This document shows positions 38,640 to 51,246 of a DNA stretch of 64,000 bases, piece by piece. The notes beneath the pieces were generated by a model that was given only the letters and a program-made list of their open reading frames with translations, was not told where the DNA came from and searched no databases. The stretch is from positions 5,918,991 to 5,982,990 of the forward strand of contig NW_002060945.1 of the NCBI RefSeq assembly GCF_000150275.1, given 5' to 3'. The DNA is from Trichoplax adhaerens. Taxonomy: Eukaryota > Animalia > Placozoa. The translations under genes and the position numbers were made by a program. Within the stretch, counting starts at the first letter, position 1. Every line of letters begins with the position of its first letter.

Positions 38640-41600
38640 ATGGTAAAATTATAATAAAAATGAGAAAAATTGATTTTTAATCGAATATATTTATTACCAT
38701 CATCTAAGATAGCATAAGGCTTTAGTTAGTAAATTTTATTTCAGCATAAACTACATACTGTTCATGGTGAACTCTGTTCACAAGATGTACCATGACAAAT
38801 CCTAGAGCTGATTGAATTTAAACTATATTGCTTTTCAGAAAGCCAAAGCAGATATGCATTTAGGGATAGAATTAGTTAATTTAAGTTAATGCTTATTTAG
38901 ACAGTGATAGCTTTCTAATCTATTGAAATAGCGAATGGACTAAATGTCCGATAAAATATATGTTAGTCACAAGGCTTTGGCTAGTAAATTTTATTTCAGC
39001 TTAAATTGCATATATAACTTGATGAATTCTGTTTAACAATATAGCGTAAGATAAATCCTAGACCGATTGAATTTAAATTATATTACTTTATCATAAAAAT
39101 AAGGCAGATATGCATTAGGGGATAGAATCATTAAATTTAAGCTAAATTTTATCTGGACAAGTGGTTGGTCTCTAAGTTATTAGAATAGCAATTGAAACCA
39201 AGTGTCCAATAAAATCTATATTAGTCATTAGAACAACTTTTAATTTATTTCTCGTTTTTATTATATTGGTAAAAAAGTTTAATAGTAAGCAACGAGTCTT
39301 CTAGCTTTAATGCATAATCCAAATTTTAAAATATTAAGACTACCATCTTTATAACTTATAGGAATCCGATAAACCTGGATTAGATACTAAGGCTAAAAAA
39401 TATGAATTCATCGCTAGCTTTCATTGTGCACTGATCAGTTTTGTCCTCTTTCACAAACAATTATCGACGTTGCCAGCCATAGTCGCAGCTGGTGGTGGAG
39501 GTAAATTGTATGATAAATAAAATCGATAGGACTATTACATGTAATATATAATTTAATATCGCTTATTATTAACCTATTATAAGACTTTAATGATGTAATT
39601 AATATCTATAACCGATTTAAAATGGAACTCATTTCTATCTTGTCTATTTTAATGAAATCTGATTAAAAAGTTAAAATTACTACAATAAATTACGTAACCT
39701 GACGTATTTTAAAATTTGATAGATATCATCTCTAAATATTGCAACATTATAATTACTGTATCAGATGCAACATTAGCGGTTACATTAGGAGCAATATATA
39801 AATTGATTATTATACTGTGAATAATAGCCACATTTTCGGGCTTTAGTCGTAACTCACATTAAATAGAGAAAAAGTTGTTCTATTCCGTACTGGATAGCAA
39901 TTACTTGCTTTCTTCCGTGATCGACGATGTAATACAGTCGTGGTGATAAGCCATTTGCATCTGAGCATTAAACATTACCAACAATCTCTACTGTATTTTC
40001 TTAAGAATAAGTAGGATTATTCTCTACTAACTTTGAACTAACAAAATCAAATCCATCGATTAGGTGCATTTTTTATTCCTTACTGCCTCAGCTTGGCTAT
40101 TATCATTTTACCAGGAGCATATCTTGAAATGACTGTTGGTCAATTATCTGGAAAAGGTCCTATCCGAATTTGGGAAGAATTGTCATCTATCTTTAAAGGT
40201 ACTGTATGCCATCGCTTAAATAGGATGTTATTGCGATATATGCTTATATACGTGGTTTAGTAATTTATTTAAGAACACAACACAGATGGTATTATTGCAT
40301 GTTCAAATTGTAATACTAATTTGAAAGTGTACCTTTTTAATTTGATACTGAGGATGTTAATCAGCATTAGATCGCACATTTTATATAATAAGTGATGCTG
40401 CAGCTCATTAAAAGCATCTAATTTGCTCCTATTAACCTCTGAATCTTCGCCTTAACGACGCTTATATCTTGACACAGTCTGTTAGATACTGCAGTATCCA
40501 AGGTAGCTTTCACATATTTTATACAATAAGTTATGCTGCAGCGTATCGAAACCCTCCATTTTCCTGCTGTCAACCTCTGAATTTTGGACCTTAAAAATAT
40601 TTATATTTTGATGCAGTTTGTTGGATACTGTATAGTATCCAAAATAGCTATAAATGTTGAGATACGAAACAATTAACAAACCAGCTTGCTCACTTTACCT
40701 CAGTGTTTAACAGTTTAACATCAGGACATCACATTGGTATAGATCTGAAAACAGGTCCGATTTAGCTTGTAAAATGGAATAGTATCAGCTGCGGGACTCT
40801 GAAACAATTAATTACGTTTATCGATGAGTATCTGTAGAGACACTATTGCAAGATTATATTAATAAGTAAACAGAACTTCTATATTGTATAGGGCAGAGCA
40901 GTGCATGATCGCTAGCTTATAAAGTAATTGTAAACATATACCAGCATCTACAGAATAGATTAAATCAATGATTAGTACATTTGTTAAATATAAATTATAT
41001 TTTTATGGTTTCACTTCCTATACTATCTTTATAATCCAGCAATTAAGAGTGCCATGAATTGAGGTACTACCTTATTCCACATAGTCTATCATTGCTTGAT
41101 GTAGTAATATCATCAGCCGGGCTAATCTAATAGTGTAAATCTATAATCAAATAAACAGCCCTTTTCGATCTTCACTCTGAGACAAGGCAAATCGATATAA
41201 GAAAATAGTATTGCTTCTGATTCAGAGAATTTGCTATTACCATGGTCGTTTGGATAACTAGAGCAAGGAATAGAGTCTAACGATCTTTTGCATCTATAAA
41301 AATAGTTACTAGTAAAGAGTGCCTTATTTACTGATGGAAGCCCCTTACCCAGTAAAAAGAAGTTTATAAATTAGTTGCTGATACTGCTCATTCGATACAT
41401 TTGTTAAATTATTTGTTTAAAAAATTTTAAAACTGTTAAAGTTGACCAAGGTTATCTTTGTTATTTTGCTATAGGATATAAAATGATATCCGCGAATTAA
41501 TTTTTTATCGAAGTAGTAGCGATAGATAGTAAGGCAGATTAAAGCTGTGATAGATTTCCAGATGTAGCAATATTACCTTAAAATCAATTCGTACGATAAA

Positions 41601-44600
41601 ATATTGAGAATAATATCAGCTATCGATCCTTTTTCATTGTAAGATCTAGCAGCTCTGATTTTATCTCAACGTCTACGAAGCATTTGCCGATAATATATAA
41701 AATTTATCAGACTATTTGAAGCGCACTGACTTAAAATAAAAATCTAATCGAGCTGCAACAAAGTAATTCCGATATTCATTTAAATGCGATAGGGCTTGGA
41801 TATGCTAAAGTGTTGATGTTATTATTTGCCTGTATTGAAATGGCGCCAACTATTGGATATGCCTTCTTTTACTTATTCTGGGGTCTAGTACCATCGGGAG
41901 ATGTATTGCCATGGAATACTTGCGGCAACAGTTGGAATAACGGAGTTACTTGTCGAACAACATATGTAACTTGTAATTCATTAAACCCCAGTAACAGAAA
42001 TGGAACTCCAACACCTACACTCCCAGGACAAGCATGCATACCGCCAGGACTGGTGGCTACTCTCCCAGAAAGAGAATATTTTAGGTATTAAAAATTTATT
42101 TAATGCGGTGATTTATATTACTGGAAAGCCCAGTCCTTATTTCTGCACCTCTACTCTGTACTCATAAAGAACGCCAAAGTCCATTTTGTGTCCATGCTAA
42201 CCTTAGTACATCACCAAATTCATACTGTAGTATTAATACTACAGTATATTGATCGGCACTTGTTAAATTAATTTGAGCATTTACTATAAGGATTGCAACA
42301 CTAATTACTATTGTTAATACTATTGCTGTATTATTTCTGTCCGCTATATTACAACAGAAATTACGTTTTGGAGTATACAACTGGATATGATGGAGCGGTC
42401 GTTGTTAGACAAGTGGCTTGTTTAGGAATCGTCTGGGCAATTTCTTTCTTGATCATTTGTTCTGGTTTCAGGATCTATAGAAGAGTAAGTTATTCTTTTC
42501 ATAGTAATTTTCAGATACACTAAAATACATAGACTTAGTTATCTTATTATTTGCCATGCTCATTTTTTACTTACCAGTATCTTGCAAGGAATAATTGTAA
42601 CAATTTTACGTTTGAGATCGATAATATCTACAGAATCCTTTTCTTGCCATTCTAGGTTTCATATGGCCTGATCATCGTCATCGTTTCCCTCATTCTAGTT
42701 CTCCTCGGCTTCTCTTTTGGACTTAATGGATCGTCTTTAGGCTGGTCTTATATTTTGTCTTCTCTATTTTTCCGACTTCGAGATATCAACGTTTGGTATG
42801 CCGGATTTCGAGAAGCCTTTTATACCTTTGCCATCTCTTCCGGCTGTTTTGTTTACTTTGGTAGCCGCAACAAAGTTTTTACCAACACAAGCAATATCTG
42901 GTATGCCCGCTCTATATTTATAACGTTAAGCAATAAAGTTTCTGCTACTTGACAGAACGAGCTGTTTCATCTAGATACTAGATGATTTTACACATATATA
43001 GAATAAGATAATTAGTCTATTAAAATATAAAAATAAACACTAATATTAACTTTCATTTCATGGATATTGCAGGCCCCCAATTGTTGCTGTAATATTTGCA
43101 GGATTATATTCGGTAGCATGCAGCTTTGTAGTCTACGGCTATCTTGGATACTTAGCTGAACAAACAGGACGATCTGTGCAAAGTCTAGTTAGTTCAGGTG
43201 TTACTAAGCAAAATATTATTGACACTGTCATCTATTTCGGTGCGTATCCTATTTTAATATTAACTGAAATAAATTGTTTCTTCATGTTCATTTTAGGCAA
43301 TGATTTGATGTTTGTTACTTTACCCATGATAACACGAAATACTGGTGATGGTCGATTAAAATTGGCACTTTCTATGTTTTATAGCCTTTATGCCATCCTT
43401 GGTTTATCTACCCTGGTAAATCATCATCATAATTCTCGCATTTCATGCCTTTATTTGAACTAAATAATTCGCAGACATGAAGTAATGTTATTGAGTGTTA
43501 AAATTATGGAGCCTAATTTGGCGTAGAATTGATAGTAAAATTATGCACAGGCTTGTTAGCTAGTGTCATTGTAAGGCAGCCTGGGAGCTGACAAATTAAC
43601 TAAATGAAAATGATTATTTCAGAAGATAAAATGTGGCCGATGTTGATTTTTAAAATAATGAATCTATTCTGTTTTAGGCAATTATGTTAGAAACTGTGGT
43701 TACAGCGGTTGTAGAAGATTTACCTAAAGTCGTCCACCGATTTAAGATTGCCTTTAGAATTGGATTTCACGCTATTGTTTTTGGATTTGGAATATTAACG
43801 GCCAGAACTGTAAGCTATTAAATTAGTTAATCATCAGGATCGATAAAATCAAATTTTCAATTTGTTAGTAATACAATCTATTTTGCCTATGGCCTGATTG
43901 AATTGAACAAATATATAATGAAAATATTCTGTACATCACTCAACAGAATAAGCATTTTAATTCATGTCTTGAGTTACATTTGCTTAACATTCATTCGAAA
44001 GTAATTCTATCATGAAATGAAGCTCTATTTTTTATGACTCATTTTTAATTACTTCGGTTTATGATATAATCACTCCAAAAATTAGGGAAGTCTAGGAGTT
44101 ATTGCAGGAATGGAATTGACGTCGCAATTAGTTCAACCTTTCCTATCGGTTTTCCAATATTTTGCCTTCGTTTTTGTATTTGGTAAGCTGAAATAGATAA
44201 ATACCGCAGCTTTATAGCTCTATTTAAATTCTAATAATCGCTACATTAACCATTATCTTTCTCAATTCTAATAATGGAACACTCTATAGCGAGATGTTTA
44301 GTACCAGAAGTCTATCATTACAAATTACCTCCTCGCGGTTGGGCGAAGGCTTGGCTAACTATTTCTATCATCGTTTTAGTTGCCATGACGGTAAGAAGAA
44401 ACTTTTTTCGCTTGATCCTAACGGTTTTTCATAAGGCAAAATACAACTGTTAAAATTTTTATTGATGTAGCCATGGTGCTGCAGATTTATCTATTAAAAT
44501 TCTTGAATCAAAAACATACAGAACATAATTTTATTAATAGAACGAAAAACCGCTAAATTTGACAAACAATTTTATCGCTTTAAGTGATGCTACACCATTA

Positions 44601-45307
44601 GATGCATTGCTATATTAAGATAGAATATCCTACACAGCTTCAGTATGTAATAGCCAGAAAATAGTTTTAAAGAATGACCATTAGATATACGATAATGGAT
44701 ATTTCAGATATCGATAAGATCAAACACATTTCAAATATGAAGTTATTCTATCTCGTCCATTAGTTACTTGAACATTCCGTGCATAAGTAGTGTACGAGTA
44801 TAATAGCAAAATTAAATATGAAGAAGGATTTCAATATTAAAATATATTGTGCATACACAGAATTATATATATGAATACTCCAACATAGATAATATGCTGT
44901 ATATAGGAACTTATGTAAAGATTAAGCTACAGACATGGGACTTCTAAATATCAAGAAATTAGCTGTATATCATTATACTACTGGAATATATTTTAATCAT
45001 TCTATTTCTTTCTCATTTACAGGCGGCATTAATATACCATTCAATTATCTTTATCCCCACCTTAGTTTCCAGAAGTGATACTTTCCTCTTATCGCTATCC
45101 TGGTCAATGTTTAGTATTTCTATGCTACTTTATTTAGGCACTGCTCTTTATAAAGCCATCAAAAATTCAAAGAACATTATCAAGGTTATTACTCCATCAG
45201 AAAACCTCAATGTTAGCCTTAGAAGTATTAAGCAATCATCTCGAGGTGTCCAGTACAAAAATTATTATGAAGAAAAACCACCACAGTATACTCTTGAAGA
45301 GTTTTAA
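38640..45307 (+). CDS. Divergent SLC6/NSS-fold transporter, paralog C, 12 coding exons, 599 aa
   Basis: Exons 38640-38642 (ATG only), 39362-39500, 40064-40198, 41793-42084, 42358-42484, 42656-42900, 43073-43197, 43297-43415, 43678-43809, 44086-44182, 44290-44390, 45023-45307; total 1800 nt, open. GGGGAFFIPY..LPG.YLEMTVGQ..GKGPI.IW..L..IFKGLGY, LPWNTCGNSWN...C, PEREYF..YVL, YFGSRNK, G.DLMFVTLP. Confidence 0.9.
38716..39228. repeat. Tandem duplication, 255-bp period, in intron 1 of paralog C
   Basis: aaggcttt.g.tagtaaattttatttcagc...gcagatatgcatt.ggggatagaat...gtcc.ataaaat.tat.ttagtca starting at 38716 and 38971. Confidence 0.88.
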
Positions 45308-46099
45308 AGAAAGTTTTCAATTATACCAATCATCTTAGGCTACAGTTTTATATGTTAGTGTTTGCTGGATAAGAACATGGATGATATAATCTATCAAAAA
45401 TACCACTTAGGCTCTGAATTATGGCTTACTCATATCTAACATAAAGTTAAACGACTGTTTTGTCGGTTATTTGACTATTTAAGAAAACAAGAGTTAGTGA
45501 AACATCAATTTCTGTCATACACAAGTAGAGTTTCATATCTTGAACGATATTCATATTAATTTTGTTTTCTTGTTGTTATTTTACCTACTACATCATAGTT
45601 AGTATGAACTAAAAGTAAATTTAAGATTCAAGTACGAAATAGTGCATTATATTTGATTTAAATGATCTTTCTCCGTTTGTGTTTAAATGACTTTAATAAA
45701 AATACTTTCAAAATCTCTGAGACTAGCATCTGCTTCCCATTTCGGCGATTTCAAAGTCCAAAACTTTCCTTACGATAGTTATTCGTAGCAAATTTAAACT
45801 GCATCATGATGCCCATTCTAGCAAATGATAAGGATATTGCATTCCCATCTTAATGAAGGAAACCTTTAAGATTTCGGCTAACCTTATTCTTGCTGATCCT
45901 AACTACACACATTTCATTCAGCACATTTCAATGGATCTTATAATTAAATTACAATTCTGGTGAAAGAAACTATACCCTAAAGATCGCTATTACAATGTAC
46001 TGCGATTCTATTAGTTAAATCATCGCTAATCTCATTTAGGAAAATCTTTTTTTAAGATTACGGTTCTTTTTTTACCTCTGAATTTAGTAACTCGATACC

Positions 46100-46250
46100 C
46101 TACCGTATATAGCCATCCGTACTCTAGCATACTGTAGAATCTATAGCATCTATAGCCTACGGACATAAGCTACTAAATATGTCTTAAGATAAATATAGAA
46201 AGTCGCGCTACCCTACATCAATACTAAACATGGCTAATAGTCTACAATCC
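46100..46250 (+). repeat. Non-coding block homologous to 51740-51875 (intron 1 of the downstream paralog)
   Basis: gtatatag.catccgtactctagcata ... agctactaaatat ... gataaatatagaaag ... atactaaacatggctaatagtctacaat is shared by both sites. Confidence 0.85.
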
Positions 46251-46693
46251 CAATACTAAGATACATTACAATGACACACACAAACATGTTATAAGTAGTC
46301 AAAAGTATTTTATTTCCAATTTTCTGCTTTCTTCGCTAATATATGTAAAATCGAAGATAGAAACTAGATTAAATACTAATACATATTAGCATCTTATTAA
46401 TGATCAATATCAATTCATTTTCAAATTTTGCATTATTTACGAATATACTGTTATCATACACACTGATACCTTATTAATCGTCGATATAATATTCAATTCC
46501 AACATTTCTATGTTATTTTACTATAATATGTAACTGAAGATAGAAATTAAGATAGCAGCATATTTTAATGCTGTGTTCATAGCTAATCTAACCACTAAAA
46601 TTTTGGCTTATTTTTATCATTATAATCTAGATGAATATCTTTATAAGTGATAAATAATTAAAAAGCTAACAAATTTCGTTATAATAATTCTAG

Positions 46694-48259
46694 GGTGAGA
46701 TAAATAACGAAGTGATTAAAATATCGTCAGCAAATGATGGTGGAAAAAAGGTTAAATCCTCGTGCGACTTATGTTGTCAAATTCGCAAGCTAACAATAAA
46801 AGTTAATCTCCTTCAATAAACCAATCGTTGGACTCGATTTCTATACTATAGGAATAAGTTAGTTTTCCTTTACTGAGGATCTCTAGAGTTAGCCGGGGAA
46901 TTGTAGTAGATAGTTTAGGAACGATCACGAAAGCTGTTTTGTGACAATAATATTTGCATTTTCTGAATATCTACAATTATACTAGATTGGAGTTTAGGCC
47001 ATCAAATTTACAAACATCGTGCCCACAAGATTAAAAAAGAATTTAAAATTTGAAATGTTAATGATCAAAAATTAGATTAAGTCTAAGATTGATTATCATA
47101 ATACTTCAGCACTTCGTTACCATACCCAGTCACCCTATACTCCTGCCTATACCATGCATGCAATAAATTGCAATTCACTAACGCAATGATACTTCAAAAT
47201 ATCAATGCCCTTAATCTCGCTTTGTGAGTGTAAGAGTTAACTGTATAGCGCAGTTTTGCGACCTTTACAAAAAGCTTGTGATCAGCAGCAATTATCCAAA
47301 TCAAGTTTCAAAATTAACGAACGAAATACGAAACCATACTATTATACATGTCACAGCTTTACGAATACGGAAATACACTACGCTTAGTTTGTAATATTAT
47401 CAAATAGTAACTAAATAACGTTAGCCAAATAATTGCAATCCTAAGCAATAATGCTTACTAGCAATTTTATCAGTTAGCAATTATAGCATCGAGGAAATCA
47501 GCAACAGTATTTCTATAATTAAGTTATTTAAGCGTGTAATTCAATGGCTAAATCAAAAATCAAGATAATTTTCTAAATTTCCAATGTCAAGCTACACATA
47601 TATCGTAAGGATTCAAATGTGGCGAAAGAATACGATATTTTAATTTCATCTTGATATACTGTATTAATACGGGTATAAAAATACACTTGTTTTTAGTATT
47701 TGCATTAGCCAATTAAAAGATATTTTGTCAACTAATTCAATATAGAGTCTTAATCGAGCCATAGTAATTCAATATCGATGTTATTAGTAATCTAAGAATG
47801 CAATTAAAGGCTGAGATTTTAAGTTTTGAAGACTTTAAGGGTTTGATGGCATATTTTATCTTATCATCCTCCTAATTGGTAAACAGGCAATACCGTACTC
47901 TTCATTGGTATCATCTCAATAGAATTCTTCATCCATTAGTAGTAAAAACATTATGATTTGACTTTAGATGATGCCATTCCTTTCTTTCTTTGCTCATTAT
48001 AGGATATATACCAAAACAAATCGTTAAGATAAATCATCGCATCACTCAATTATATGCAAAAATTGATGCTAAAAGTAAGGAATTTATCAGACGCTGTCGA
48101 GTTTGTCTACACGCAACAGGACCGCATGATCAATGTCAAGATTATCAAAATACTTGCTCATATTGGTCGACATCCCCAGGTTATATAAAATACTATAGAG
48201 ATGATACAGATAATCGAGGAGGTGGTTGCTATATGTATTGGAAATGGGAATGCCAATAA
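46694..48259 (+). pseudogene. Paralog 1 of the coiled-coil + 6-Cys (IMAD-like) gene; last exon intact, stalk exon with in-frame stop
   Basis: Exon 48003-48259 encodes (G)YIPKQIVKINHRITQLYAKIDAKSKEFIRRCRVCLHATGPHDQCQDYQNTCSYWSTSPGYIKYYRDDTDNRGGGCYMYWKWECQ*. An upstream exon from 46694 (GEINNE...QIRKLTIKVNLLQ*) aligns to RIKKLKKKVKDLQE of paralog 2 but has TAA at 46817. No signal-peptide exon found. Confidence 0.6.
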
Positions 48260-48465
48260 TTGAAAAACGTCATTTCGGTCATATTTGTAACTGTTTAGAT
48301 TGAAGATAGATAATAGTCTCTCACTTTTTTATAGTACTCGTATACTCTTATTCTTGTTATAACATGGTAATTTTTAGACCATTAATTAAGAAATATTATC
48401 CATTACTTTTGGTACTGGTTATAATAACGACAGCTCTTAGTGTTCTTATCTATATTTTATTTATT

Positions 48466-50209
48466 ACCTGTATAGATGGAACTGTTCGTCGACATTCAAT
48501 GGACAGTTCATAATCTTTGGATCATCTGTATTAATTAACCAACTATTCAATGTAGCCTGCAGGCACTGAAGCATATTATCTCGCTTTCTAGCAACAAAGC
48601 CGCTAAAATAACGCAATCTTTCAAGCTGAATATAGTAGCATCTTAGTACCATAGCGCATTTGCTTCCAATTTCTTAACGTAACAAGATATGACGATATTT
48701 ACAATAAAGAGGTACTCCTGTCTAAGATTATTATTGGACTAGTATAGTATGAATTTTTGACCGAGATTTTCCAATCCACTAGATAAGCCTTGAATTCTTC
48801 TTCTTATTCTTTGCAATATCAGAGGAATCAAAGATTTGACGCAATTTATCTCTGATCTTCTCTCTGCCAATATTTTATTTAGTCATATTAATTTAGTAGA
48901 AATTTATCTTTAGTAACAAAATTGTGGCAACGTAGGACATATTAATGCTTCATTCTCCCTTGCAATGGCTAATTCTACTCCAATAATGTGAAAGTCATTT
49001 CGAATACAGATCGAGGCATGGAAATTGATGTATGCCCACAAAAATTTTACATCCTATATGAACGAACAAAATAGCATTCCAACCAAGGTTAAATGTTAAC
49101 TCTATTTATTGCTGCAAAATATAAATATTGTACAACAGTACTGTACTTTTGTACAGCATACAGTACACGGATAACGGTAAAAAGTTACTGAACGTCTGAC
49201 AGGTCTATCAAATGGTAATACTATCTGTTAAATGAGCACATTATCGTAAACCGTCAGCAAAGCGACGGGAGTTTGCACTAGTATCTATTCATTAGTGTAT
49301 TTTTAAACAGAATGGCAAGATATCAATGACACCACAGTGTGTGTGAAAGTCTTATAAAGATAATTGTTTACTAGTCAGACTAACTTGCGACAGGGGTAGT
49401 CTACCGAATAATCATAACCCTACGACCAACTCAACGAAATCATGGAATGAAACTATTCCATTAAAAGGGCCGAGTAGAGAATATCATGATACTAAGTTAT
49501 TCAACCTTGAACGAGATCCTGTAAATTCGCGATATATATCTCATTGTCAAATGAGATAATGATGCAACAAGGTAAATAAATTAGGAACTCAGAAAAGGAT
49601 CTATGATAAGGAGTTAGAAGGTAGCAGCCTCAGTGAATCAATTTTAAATCACTCTAATAACAAGGTCATTATTATCCTTATTAACGTATGTTATCATGGA
49701 TAGTAGATGTAAGAGTTTGAACAAATACGGTATATTCTTATAAAACCAGGAGATACCTGTACTATTATTCTATTTTTTACTCGATATTTCGGTATATAGC
49801 TATAGCAGATTAACTCGTATTTAATAGTAGCTGATGATGAGACTACTCAAGTACTGTATGAACAGTATTATATTATTTATACAAATAATTGAATATGGAC
49901 GGTGATCAAAAGATTACAATGTTGTCGTAAAATACGAATCTTGAACGTAGTATTAGTGAGAATATCGCAAGATCCGGAAGCGATATTGCTCAAATGAACA
50001 CATATTACTTGGAGAAATATAAAAACCTTCACTATAATCGGAGTAAGGTATTCTAATGTGGTACTAGTATCATTGGTTTGATTTTGATTGACTATTTGAT
50101 CTCCAATTTTCGTGTAAACTTTCTTCACCTTATGCTCTTTACCCCACATAAGCCATGTTTTAATGTAATCGGGGTTCGATGAGTCAGCGGCGGACTTATT
50201 AGTTGCCAT
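48466..50209 (-). pseudogene. Decayed multi-exon gene with EF-hand (calcineurin-B/CHP/NCS-like) character
   Basis: Acceptor-led minus-strand segments: about 49509-49387 (..GPFNGIVSFHDFVELVVGL*LFGRLPLSQ), from 49053 (DVKFLWAY..IRNDFHIIGVELA), about 48864-48790 (EKIRDKLRQIFDSSDIAKNKK), about 48718-48467 (one stop). Whether ORF 49877-50209 belongs to it is uncertain. Confidence 0.4.
49251..49281 (+). mobile_element. Helitron-type 3' terminus (short non-autonomous element; 5' end uncertain, about 49052-49101)
   Basis: GC-rich hairpin CCGTC-AGCAAAGC-GACGG followed 9 nt later by CTAG then T, the canonical Helitron 3' signature. Confidence 0.65.
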
Positions 50210-51246
50210 ACAGAAAATTACATAAAAAACTTCAATGAAATCTGGGTACTTTATAGTAGATTGTGATCGCGAATGATAAGGTATTTTCTATAGATCACCA
50301 TATAAACTAAGGTGAAATAACTTGAGAATGGTGAACACTGACTATTGCAACTAACTAAATCTGAGGCAGAAATCGTTAGTATTCATCAAAGGATAGAGCA
50401 CATGTAGGGAACGAAATTGTAGAACTAGATACATCATACATATACCATGATAGATTATATAATTTCGAATAATTGTAGAAAATGACGAAAGCTGGAACTG
50501 CTATAAATAATTCAGCGTAACAAGCTATATCCACATTTGAAACAACATGAAAGTACCCGTATTTAAGAACAAGTTAGAGTTACAGCGCAATCTTAATATA
50601 CTATACATATACATCACAATCGAAGGCTTCACGATGACTAATACAACGTAGTTTTATTTTGGTATTTTGATCTCCAACTGGTTTGCAAAGAATTATTAAA
50701 TTATGGTTTATTTTAATTTTCATCCGATATCGTGACATTGAATGCTAATTAGATTTTCATTGGACCGTCCAAATTTCGTTTGTTTTCTTTTAACAGCAAG
50801 CAGTAGAGGACTTTGATCTGTTTAATAATATAACATAGGAAAGGTTAATGAATTCTATTATTCTACTCTTTATTTAATTCCTCTTCTAAAGAATGCACCG
50901 AAATCAGTTCATTTCCGTTGATATTGATGGATCAACAAATTACCACCAATTACCTATATAAAGACTTTACTTTTGTTTTGTCGATCACTCTGCACTGTGT
51001 ATTTTACTACTAGGAGCAATTCGAATTTACGCTGTCTCCATATCTTCCAGTAGACTAATCTGACAAAACAAAATAGCTGATATCTCCTGCCTGGCGTCAT
51101 TGAAAATTACCTTAATTCACCTAAACATCTACTGCTAAAAGGTCGAAGTCGAAAATTTCATTTTAATCCATAAAAAGATACGCTGTTTTCTTCTTTAAAT
51201 GTTACTCTCACTTTTCTTCGGTTAGATTATCCTGCAGATTGAAAGC

